A stretch of 37,939 nt of DNA, taken from NCBI GenBank assembly GCA_018664975.1, contig JABIXH010000146.1:1-37939 (forward strand), given 5' to 3'. The position numbers were made by a program, and so were the translations under genes. The notes below the pieces were generated by a model. The model worked only from the letters and a program-made list of their open reading frames with translations, searched no databases and was not told the origin of the DNA. This document shows, piece after piece, positions 27,456-37,939 of this stretch. Source of the stretch: Nitrospina sp. GTDB lineage: Bacteria > Nitrospinota > Nitrospinia > Nitrospinales > VA-1. Each line of letters opens with the position of its first letter. Positions within the stretch are counted from its first letter, which is position 1.

Positions 27456-28775
27456 ATGCATAGTCTCACTGTTACTTGGGTCGGTTATGTATCCCTTATC
27501 TGTTTTTGTTTGGCCTACACTTTGGTCATATTCGAAGAACAGATCCACATGCGTAAATCTAAACCGGTCATTTTAATCGGTTGTTTTATGTGGGCTCTCA
27601 TCGGTATCTATGAAGCCCAACATGGGGGTGGACATGCTCACGACCATGTTAAAGAACTGATCGCGGAGATCGGCGAACTGTTCTTCTTTTTACTCGTAGC
27701 AATGACTTATATCAATACCCTTGACGAAAGAAATGTTTTCAAAGCTTTAAGATCCTGGTTGTTAAAAAAAGGTCTGGGATTTAAAAAATTATTCTGGGCT
27801 ACCGGGGGCATTACCTTCATACTGTCACCCTTGGCAGACAACCTGACCAGTGCATTATTGATGTCAACAGTAGCCCTTGCGGTCAGCAATGGCAATGGCC
27901 GTTTCATTGTCCCCGCATTTGTCAATATTGTGGTCGCGGCCAATGCTGGGGGAGCATGGAGTCCCTTTGGCGACATCACTACCCTGATGGTCTGGACTTC
28001 AGGAAAAGTTCAAACGATGGAATTCTCTTATCTGATACTTCCTTCCATCGTCAACTGGATTATTCCAGCAAGCATCATGTATTTTGCCGTTCCCGATGAG
28101 CATCCTGAGGCAGATAAAGAAGAGGTAGAACTCAAACCGGGAGCAAAAGTAATTATTGGGCTTGGCATTTTTACTGTGGCTACCGCAGTATCTTTTCATC
28201 AATTCCTCCACCTTCCCCCTTTCCTGGGAATGATGTTCGGACTCGGACTATTGATGATGAAAGGGTTTTATTTAAAACGCTGGGGGGAGAAAAAACATCT
28301 TGAGAAAATGGGAATCTCCGAGGAACGAAGAAACCGTCCACGCTTTGACATTTTCACTAAAGTGGAGGGGGTGGAGTTTGACACCCTGCTTTTCTTTTTT
28401 GGAGTTCTTACCGCCGTAGGAGCATTGCAATACATTGGCTATCTGGCACTGATCAGTGAGTCCATGTACGGAAACCTGGGTCCCACATATTCAAATATAA
28501 TTGTTGGTGTGCTTTCTGCCATTGTGGACAACATCCCTGTCATGTATGCGGTCTTAAAAATGAGCCCTGAAATGGGACTCGACCAATGGCTATTGATAAC
28601 CCTGACCGCAGGGGTCGGGGGCAGTCTGCTCTCCGTGGGTTCAGCGGCTGGTGTTGCAGTTATGGGTGTCGAACGGAAAAACTATAACTTTATGTCGCAC
28701 TTAAAATGGGCTCCTGTCATTGCGCTGGGTTATGTGGCCAGTATAATTTGCTGGTATTATGTAGTACCGCACTAA
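27456..28775 (+). CDS. nhaD: Na+/H+ antiporter, NhaD family
   Basis: EE-IH-RKSKP, FLLVAMTYIN, SP-ADNLTSAL, ANAGGAWSPFGDITTLMVW, SAIVDNIP, GGSLLS-GSAAGVA. Confidence 0.93.
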   Translation: MHSLTVTWVGYVSLICFCLAYTLVIFEEQIHMRKSKPVILIGCFMWALIGIYEAQHGGGHAHDHVKELIAEIGELFFFLLVAMTYINTLDERNVFKALRSWLLKKGLGFKKLFWATGGITFILSPLADNLTSALLMSTVALAVSNGNGRFIVPAFVNIVVAANAGGAWSPFGDITTLMVWTSGKVQTMEFSYLILPSIVNWIIPASIMYFAVPDEHPEADKEEVELKPGAKVIIGLGIFTVATAVSFHQFLHLPPFLGMMFGLGLLMMKGFYLKRWGEKKHLEKMGISEERRNRPRFDIFTKVEGVEFDTLLFFFGVLTAVGALQYIGYLALISESMYGNLGPTYSNIIVGVLSAIVDNIPVMYAVLKMSPEMGLDQWLLITLTAGVGGSLLSVGSAAGVAVMGVERKNYNFMSHLKWAPVIALGYVASIICWYYVVPH

Positions 28776-28785
28776 CTTATTTTCC

Positions 28786-28819
28786 AGGCGGGGCAAAGCT
28801 TTCTGCCCCGCCTTTTTTT
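28786..28819 (+). terminator. Rho-independent terminator of nhaD
   Basis: AGGCGGGGCA / TGCCCCGCCT 10-bp stem, 8-nt loop, T-run, 10 nt after the stop codon. Confidence 0.88.
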
Positions 28820-28826
28820 ATTTTCT

Positions 28827-29621
28827 TCAATATCCTAAACCTTTCCCCACAACCACTCGCCCAAGAGTGAACACATAAACCTTCCTGGCACCGTTTTGCT
28901 TTAAAATCTTTGCGGCCTCATCTACAGTTGCTCCGGTCGTGAACACATCATCCACCAATAAAATATCTTTATCCGAAACATGCTCTGGGCGATTAACCTC
29001 AAACGCGCCTTTAATGTTAAGAGTTCTTTCTGCGCGAGTCATCGTTGCCTGCGGACTTGTAGCTTTTACCCTCCGTAACAATCCGCCTTCGAGTGGGAGC
29101 TTCAAAATAACAGCAACTTGACGAGCAATGAGAAAAGCTTGGTCAAATCCTCTCTCCTTCATCTTGTTAAAATGTAACGGTATGGGAGAAACCGTAAAAC
29201 CCTGGTAAAACCCAGGGTTCTCCTGGAAATATTTTTCCAATAAGAGATTCATTTCCGACAGAACCCCTGTTTGTTTACGGTATTTAAAATGATGGATCGT
29301 TGTCCGCAAAACGGTGTCATAAAAACCAAGAGATCTCGCCTGATTAAATTTAAAGGGATTCTTCCTGCAATCTCCGCATACAAACTCTTCATGCGGATAA
29401 TCGTAGGACATATCGGCGGGCACCCCGCACAGAAAGCAAAACGGTTGCTGAATGAATCCGATATCATCTCTGCAAGGAACACATAGGAAATAATCTCCCT
29501 CTTGAATTTCGCCGTCACAGGAAATGCATTTCTGCGGAAACACAAAATCCAAAACGTTCCTAAATCCATGAAAAATCCTACCAGCAATATTCCTCTTCAA
29601 CGATATACGTTTTGAAAACAT
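28827..29621 (-). CDS. comF: ComF family protein (double zinc ribbon + phosphoribosyltransferase-like domain)
   Basis: FP--C--C, four CxxC pairs, PIPLH, ERGFDQA, LLVDDVFTTGAT. Confidence 0.9.
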   Translation of the reverse strand: MFSKRISLKRNIAGRIFHGFRNVLDFVFPQKCISCDGEIQEGDYFLCVPCRDDIGFIQQPFCFLCGVPADMSYDYPHEEFVCGDCRKNPFKFNQARSLGFYDTVLRTTIHHFKYRKQTGVLSEMNLLLEKYFQENPGFYQGFTVSPIPLHFNKMKERGFDQAFLIARQVAVILKLPLEGGLLRRVKATSPQATMTRAERTLNIKGAFEVNRPEHVSDKDILLVDDVFTTGATVDEAAKILKQNGARKVYVFTLGRVVVGKGLGY

Positions 29622-29834
29622 AGCTCCTCAATATTAAGTCCTCTGACTCAAAAAAATAAATATTAGCGGCCTTCAGAGTCACTCAATATATTTTTTTAAC
29701 AATCACAAACTTTTCCACTGCCTATGCCGCATCAACCTGAAAAACAAAGGCTTGAATAATTCATTGTTTTTATATTTTTCAATAAATATTTATGCTAAAG
29801 TTTCTTCCTGAATTATTCTCACATACTAAATCAA

Positions 29835-31025
29835 ATGAACAAGAACATCATCAAGCTTACTGAAAAACATGTTGCCGGAACGTATGGTCGTTACCCCATT
29901 GCCCTGGTAAAGGGAAAAGGCTCCAAAGTCTGGGATAAATCAGGAAAACAGTACATTGACTTTGTCAGCGGCCTGGCGGTTGACAACCTGGGACATTGCC
30001 ATCCTGCTGTGGTCTCGGCCATAAAAAAACAGGCTGAAAAACTGATCCATGTATCCAACTTATACCATATCGAACCGCAATCCCTATTAGCGGAAAAACT
30101 GACTTCGCTGAGTTTTGCGGACAAAGTTTTTTTCTGCAACAGCGGAACAGAGGCCAATGAGGCGGCCATCAAACTCGCCCGCAAGTTTTTTTTCGACCAA
30201 GGCAAAGCCCATCAAAATGAGATCATTACCATGCACAACTCGTTTCATGGGCGCACCCTGGGTTCACTCTCGGCAACAGCACAAAAAAAGTTTCACACGG
30301 GATTCAAGCCACTTCTTCCAGGCTTTAAATATATTCCCTTTAATAATTTACCTGCCGCACGCAAAGCAATAACAAAAAAAACCTGCGCAATTCTGGTGGA
30401 ACCTATACAAGGAGAGGGAGGAGTAAATATCCCCGACCCTTCTTACCTCAAAGGGTTAAAGAAAATCTGCCGGGAACATGGCATTCTCTTGATTTTTGAT
30501 GAAGTGCAAACAGGCTTCGGTCGCACAGGAAAACTTTTTGCTTATGAGATTTATAAAACCAAACCGGATATCATGACCCTGGCAAAAGCCATGGCTGGCG
30601 GCGTTGCCATAGGAGCCATGGCAGCCACCAATCGGGTTATGAAGTCTTTTGTTCCAGGAACCCATGCCGCAACATTTGGTGGCAATCCCCTGGCTTGTTC
30701 TGCCGCCTTAGCTTCTCTGCAAGTGCTTACCGGAAAAAACTTTTTAAGCAAAGCCAACGAAACAGCCAACTATTTTTTAAAACGTTTGAAAGAAATTGAT
30801 AATCCCGTTATTAAAGAAGCCCGCGGAACCGGGATGTTTCTCGCCCTGGAATTGAAAAAACCAGGCAACGAAATAGTTATCGACTGTATGAAACAAGGAT
30901 TCTTGATCAATTGTATCCAACAGAATGTATTGCGTTTCATACCTCCTCTTATTATTACCCGAAAGGATATCGACAGCTTGGTTTCCGTGCTGTCCAATAG
31001 CCTCGTCAAACTGAACAATAAATAG
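29835..31025 (+). CDS. argD: Acetylornithine aminotransferase
   Basis: FCNSGTEANE, SFHGRT, EPIQGEGG, DEVQTG-GRTG, TLAK PLP lysine, TFGGNPLA; adjacent to argF. Confidence 0.93.
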   Translation: MNKNIIKLTEKHVAGTYGRYPIALVKGKGSKVWDKSGKQYIDFVSGLAVDNLGHCHPAVVSAIKKQAEKLIHVSNLYHIEPQSLLAEKLTSLSFADKVFFCNSGTEANEAAIKLARKFFFDQGKAHQNEIITMHNSFHGRTLGSLSATAQKKFHTGFKPLLPGFKYIPFNNLPAARKAITKKTCAILVEPIQGEGGVNIPDPSYLKGLKKICREHGILLIFDEVQTGFGRTGKLFAYEIYKTKPDIMTLAKAMAGGVAIGAMAATNRVMKSFVPGTHAATFGGNPLACSAALASLQVLTGKNFLSKANETANYFLKRLKEIDNPVIKEARGTGMFLALELKKPGNEIVIDCMKQGFLINCIQQNVLRFIPPLIITRKDIDSLVSVLSNSLVKLNNK

Positions 31026-31049
31026 CGAACGTTTTAACTAATTCTGAAA

Positions 31050-31961
31050 ATGAAAAAAGACCTCCTAGCCATCAGCGACTGTAACCACGAAGAAATTCTG
31101 GCCTTGTTTGAAAAGTCTGCAGACCTGAAAGAAAAACGCCAAAAAGGAATCCAACATCTGCCTTTAAAAGGTAAAACCCTGGGTATGATTTTCAACAAAC
31201 ACTCCACGAGAACTCGCATATCATTTGAAGTAGGCATGTTTGAGCTTGGCGGACATGCATTGTTTTTGACAGGCGACCAACTACAATTAAACCGCGGAGA
31301 AACCATAAAGGATTCCGCCCAGGTTCTATCCCGTTACTTGAATGGGATATTAATAAGGACCTACGACCATCAGGAAGTCGTTGCGCTTGCTGAGCATGCT
31401 TCGATACCTGTGATCAACGGACTTACAGACTTCAATCATCCTTTACAAATTCTTTCAGATATTTTCACCATCAAGGAAAAATTGGGTCACATCGAAGGGG
31501 TGAAAATAGCATATGTAGGAGACGGAAATAATGTTGCCTATTCATGGATGGCAGGCGCTTCCTTAATGGGGATGAATCTGGTAATAGCCAGCCCCAAAAG
31601 CTTACAACCCAGCCCGCCTCCATCACTAGAAGGAAATGGCAAAGTAGAAGTTGTTGAGGACCCCTTTGAAGCGGTCAAAAATGCAGATGTTATTTATACC
31701 GATGTTTGGATAAGCATGGGAGATGAAGAAGATGCAGAAAACAAAAAAAAGCTCCTTCTTCCCTATCAGATAAACCAGAAACTGGTCGATTCCGCCAAAG
31801 AAGATGTCATGGTGATGCACTGCCTTCCCGCACACCGGGATATGGAAATCACATCAGAAGTTCTGGATGGTGAACATTCCATTGTTTTCGATCAAGCTGA
31901 GAACCGGCTTCATGTTCAAAAAGCGATCCTTGAAACATTGTTATTAAAACCAACTAAGTGA
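31050..31961 (+). CDS. argF: Ornithine carbamoyltransferase
   Basis: STRTR, HPLQ, GDGNNVA, TDVWISMG, MHCLP, QAENRLH. Confidence 0.97.
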   Translation: MKKDLLAISDCNHEEILALFEKSADLKEKRQKGIQHLPLKGKTLGMIFNKHSTRTRISFEVGMFELGGHALFLTGDQLQLNRGETIKDSAQVLSRYLNGILIRTYDHQEVVALAEHASIPVINGLTDFNHPLQILSDIFTIKEKLGHIEGVKIAYVGDGNNVAYSWMAGASLMGMNLVIASPKSLQPSPPPSLEGNGKVEVVEDPFEAVKNADVIYTDVWISMGDEEDAENKKKLLLPYQINQKLVDSAKEDVMVMHCLPAHRDMEITSEVLDGEHSIVFDQAENRLHVQKAILETLLLKPTK

Positions 31962-32023
31962 TGTAGACGGCATTCTAATATGGGTTCCAGGAATACAAAA
32001 TTCAAATCAACGAAAAGACTGTA

Positions 32024-34862
<2,839 letters not shown>

Positions 34863-34893
34863 GACGCGACAGACAGTTGCTGGCAGAATGCTA

Positions 34894-35241
34894 TCAACCT
34901 TCCAGGATTCCGAGAATCTTGAATTCATGGATATCATATCCTGAGCGCCGGGGCAGGGAGGATTGCACAACCGCTTTGAGCAATTCCAACTTTTCAGAAT
35001 CCAACCAGTCGAGCAGATGTTCAAAAATCTGTTCCGGAAAATAAAGCGTTAAGTTGAGCTTCGCTCTCTGATACACAAAACCCGACCTCATAGGATTTGC
35101 CCGCATTGGTTTGTACTCCACATGCCCTTCCAGCATATAATCTGCTACCTCCTTCCACTCCTTCCCGACTTTATTCAGGTTCTCACGAACAAGAGACAAA
35201 AGTCGCCCCTGCTCAGGAAGTTCATAGCTATAACTAGGCAT
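34894..35241 (-). CDS. Hypothetical protein
   Basis: 115-aa ATG ORF starting 8 nt after the stop of the upstream same-strand methyltransferase; natural composition; no recognised motif. Confidence 0.7.
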   Translation of the reverse strand: MPSYSYELPEQGRLLSLVRENLNKVGKEWKEVADYMLEGHVEYKPMRANPMRSGFVYQRAKLNLTLYFPEQIFEHLLDWLDSEKLELLKAVVQSSLPRRSGYDIHEFKILGILEG

Positions 35242-35249
35242 AGTTTTTT

Positions 35250-36113
35250 CTATTTAGAGGGTTCGGCCATCAACCTGGCCCTTAAAGCCAGAAATAATGG
35301 GATTTCTTTTCGGGCTCTATTTTCTGCCTTAGACCTTTTTCCCGGAAGACTGTTCTTATTTGAGATCCACTCTTCCATTGCATCAACGCAAAATCCCGCT
35401 TGAACCAAAGTGGAAATATAACTTTGTAACGGACGGTGATAGGTAAGCGTATATGAGTCGGGGTCAGCAAATGGCGGGGTCAGAATAGGAACGGCGGTTT
35501 CTGTTAAATAATGATCGACTCGCCGGTATTCGAGTTTCTTTTCCTCATCCCATCCCCAGTGAGATTGTCGGGGAATACGAAAGCAAGGGTGCGTCATCAC
35601 CAACACAAAACATTTTCCCGTCTTTAACCATCGTCCTGCACTTTTAAAAAGTAAATCCATTTTTTCTATATTTTGTATCGCCATCAGACAGGCAATTCCA
35701 TCGAAAATATTTTCCTTAAAATTATCCGGGTTTCCAGCATCTCCGACATGATACCGAATGGAAGGACCCGAACGCCCTCGGGCATATTTCAACAGCTCAG
35801 AAGAGGAATCCAATCCCTCAACATGAATCCCTTTTTTAGCTAAAAAGCGGGAAAACACTCCCTGGCCGCAGGCCAGATCCAGAACCCGATCTTTCTTCCC
35901 AACTTCCAGCAAGCGGAATACTCCCGGCATTATGATGTCCTTCTGAAAATCTGTACCCTGGCTACCCACCAGTGAGTCGTACCAGCGGGAAGCCTGATCC
36001 CAAAGCGTCAACTCTTTCTTCTCCGAAGGTTTTGATACACCTCTGGCTTTTCTATTTCTGTTTTGTGTACCGACTTTATTTTTCACAGGTTTAAATTTAC
36101 TAGATTTTGGCAT
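35250..36113 (-). CDS. Class I SAM-dependent methyltransferase
   Basis: VLDLACGQG, GLDSS, FD, HPCF, YHRPL; start taken at ATG 36113 (36116/36131 are alternatives). Confidence 0.88.
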   Translation of the reverse strand: MPKSSKFKPVKNKVGTQNRNRKARGVSKPSEKKELTLWDQASRWYDSLVGSQGTDFQKDIIMPGVFRLLEVGKKDRVLDLACGQGVFSRFLAKKGIHVEGLDSSSELLKYARGRSGPSIRYHVGDAGNPDNFKENIFDGIACLMAIQNIEKMDLLFKSAGRWLKTGKCFVLVMTHPCFRIPRQSHWGWDEEKKLEYRRVDHYLTETAVPILTPPFADPDSYTLTYHRPLQSYISTLVQAGFCVDAMEEWISNKNSLPGKRSKAENRARKEIPLFLALRARLMAEPSK

Positions 36114-36225
36114 CATTCTCCAACATTCCACCTTATAATGTGGAAGGACATATTGTTTTTATCTATAATCGATGAATTGATAGAATAATTATTCACCCAC
36201 CAATTTTTACAACCCCTTCAACTTC

Positions 36226-36699
36226 ATGCTAAAACCCAGTCTCCAGACCCTACTTACCCGAAGAGTATTTTTTTTCTTTCTTCTGCTGACTTTTGTATCC
36301 TGCCACACTCTTGACCCTCACTATAAAACCCAGGAGAATCTGGACCTGAGTATTGAGGCCTTTAACTTTGAGTTTGAAAGCAAGGCATTAGAGTCCAGTG
36401 CCCGGTTCGTTCACCCGTCCTTTCGCTCTAAGTATATGGCAAAATCTCTGGAGATAATTCAACGCGTCACCTTTTTTGAAGCGACCATTTTAGATATCAA
36501 ATTTTTCAAAAATGAGATTCCTGCAGTCACCACACCCAAAGGGCCCGAAGAAGGTTTCACCCGAACTATTGTTACCATCCGCTATCAAGTTGCGGTACTA
36601 CCCAGCACCAAATTAAAAACCCTGACTATTGAGCAAGAATGGGTTCTCCATAGAGGACAGTGGGTGATCATTCCAGACCTGAACTCCCTCCTCGAATAA
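36226..36699 (+). CDS. Putative lipoprotein of unknown function
   Basis: Basic n-region RR, hydrophobic stretch, lipobox-like FVS-C; C-terminal QEW----G-W strand pair. Confidence 0.7.
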   Translation: MLKPSLQTLLTRRVFFFFLLLTFVSCHTLDPHYKTQENLDLSIEAFNFEFESKALESSARFVHPSFRSKYMAKSLEIIQRVTFFEATILDIKFFKNEIPAVTTPKGPEEGFTRTIVTIRYQVAVLPSTKLKTLTIEQEWVLHRGQWVIIPDLNSLLE

Positions 36700-36715
36700 T
36701 TGAGGTATTAATGAT

Positions 36716-37405
36716 CTACAATACCACCTCAACCGTTTCATTCAGGGAAATCGTTGTTGGAGTGACCTTGCAGTTCATACCATAAAGTTCCACACCTTCA
36801 CTACTTGCTTTTCGCAACCACTCTCCAAAAACGGGGTCGATGTCATCATTACAGGTGATAGATCGAGTGTCGGATCTTTGAGAAACAAACACCACTGCCG
36901 CCCGGTAGCCTTTTGCGCAGAACTCCGTTAACTCTTTAACATGTTTGACTCCCCGCTCTGTCGGGGCATCAGGAAACTTTCCCTTTCCCTGCTCGACCAA
37001 ACTCACTGATTTCACTTCTATGTACGCAGGGTTTACGGGAAACCCTAATCTAAAATCGAATCGACTGTTCCTCACCTTCACTTCGCTAGCAAATTCCGAG
37101 TAGCCTTGCAGAAATGGGAGTGTCCGCTTTAGTAACGCTTCCTGAATCAGGGCATTGGCAAAGACTGGAAATACTGAAACCCATATTGAACCGTGCCGCA
37201 CCAAAACCAGCGTGTAGTCTGTTTTACGTTTAGGGCTGGGCTGGTAAACCAGTCGCACCTTCCTCCCATCTAACATCAACCCTGGCAAACGACCGGGATC
37301 AGGCACATGGGCCAAAACTTCCTCACCCTTCACCTCAACATGTGCCAGGTAACGATTCGGTCGTTTCAGAAAGATACCATCAACAATATTATCGCCAAAT
37401 CTCAT
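36716..37405 (-). CDS. sfsA: DNA/RNA nuclease SfsA
   Basis: R-NRY, HVPDPGRL, KRKT-Y, SR-DF, YIEVKSV, FPDAPT-RG-KH, IDP-F. Confidence 0.95.
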   Translation of the reverse strand: MRFGDNIVDGIFLKRPNRYLAHVEVKGEEVLAHVPDPGRLPGLMLDGRKVRLVYQPSPKRKTDYTLVLVRHGSIWVSVFPVFANALIQEALLKRTLPFLQGYSEFASEVKVRNSRFDFRLGFPVNPAYIEVKSVSLVEQGKGKFPDAPTERGVKHVKELTEFCAKGYRAAVVFVSQRSDTRSITCNDDIDPVFGEWLRKASSEGVELYGMNCKVTPTTISLNETVEVVL

Positions 37406-37470
37406 CTATCGGAAACCGTTCTCCCTGCAACAAAGAGGGTTGGGGGAAAATGCAAGTTTGGTCTGCATGA

Positions 37471-37544
37471 TAACTGGGCAAAGACTCATCAAGCCGAGAA
37501 TACTCATTGCCAGCAATTGCCAGCTGGTCTCACGCCCAGTGTTA
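37471..37544 (-). repeat. Dispersed hairpin-forming element, copy B (best preserved)
   Basis: TAACACTGGGCGTGAGACCAG-CTGGCAAT-TG-CTGGCAAT-GAGTATTCTC-GGCTTGATGAGTC-TTTGCCCAGTTA; ends pair (ACTGGGC/GCCCAGT, AGAC/GTCT). Confidence 0.65.
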
Positions 37545-37939
37545 GTGGTGACCGTTTTCTCCCCCGGTAGGGAGATTGATTGATTTTTCCAGGTGGAGTA
37601 AAGAATCTACCGATGGAGTAACACGATCAATAAAAGGTTTGGGATAAAGGCCTATCAATAAAATAAGCAGGCAGGCGGGTAAAATAAGTTTGAACTCACA
37701 TTTATCAATATCAGTCAACCCTTCAGGCAAGTCCTCGGAGTTTTCCTGCATTGATCCCTGGAACATGTACAACATATATATGGAAGCGAAAACAATCGAC
37801 AACCCACCCATCAAAACAAGGATGCCCGATAACCCTGAAAACATAGTGGATGTCCAAACTCCCATCAAAATCAAGAATTCTCCGACAAAACCATTCAATC
37901 CAGGAAGCCCGAGAGCGGCCAGCATAATCAGCATAAAAG
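37542..37939 (-). CDS. nuoM: NADH-quinone oxidoreductase subunit M (antiporter-like), 3' part only
   Basis: GLPGLNGFVGEFLIL-G, A--YMLYM, D----E, IGLYP-PF; truncated by the window edge. Confidence 0.85.
   Translation of the reverse strand, partial: FMLIMLAALGLPGLNGFVGEFLILMGVWTSTMFSGLSGILVLMGGLSIVFASIYMLYMFQGSMQENSEDLPEGLTDIDKCEFKLILPACLLILLIGLYPKPFIDRVTPSVDSLLHLEKSINLPTGGENGHH

Noticed and set aside
37468-37547. Integron attC-like look of copy B (TAAC...GTTA, with the upstream stop codon inside TAAC)
   Set aside because: Flanks do not fit RYYYAAC/GTTRRRY, there is no unpaired central spacer geometry, no integrase is present, and the neighbours are core genes

Overview
Bacterial chromosomal window made up almost entirely of housekeeping genes. 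A Nitrospinota/delta-proteobacteria-like host is an impression from gene content and protein style, not a database result. In order: partial SRAP peptidase; TPMT/halide-methyltransferase-like enzyme; D-2-hydroxyacid dehydrogenase; TraB; uvrB; PilZ protein; mreBCD-mrdA (no rodA); PpiD/SurA; a fis / glmU(N-domain only) / archaeal-type GlmU-like / glmS / thiDN run; mtaB-DUF62-smpB-O-methyltransferase; EamA; ispA-dxs-hisB-hisH; nhaD; comF; argD-argF; MscS-like; tgt; hypothetical; methyltransferase; lipoprotein; sfsA; partial nuoM. No rRNA, tRNA, CRISPR, transposase or integrase was recognised. Most interesting: (1) a remodelled UDP-GlcNAc operon, where an intact stand-alone GlmU uridyltransferase domain sits next to a full-length archaeal-type GlmU homologue lacking the canonical catalytic residues of BOTH domains (candidate pseudoenzyme/regulator), directly upstream of glmS; (2) a dispersed ~75-110 bp hairpin-forming element in three degenerate copies, two of which flank the EamA gene; (3) a perfect 22-bp palindrome and multi-hairpin region upstream of nhaD; (4) a 15-residue insertion in the catalytic loop of the DUF62 SAM hydrolase; (5) an NGKK-repeat tail on DXS.
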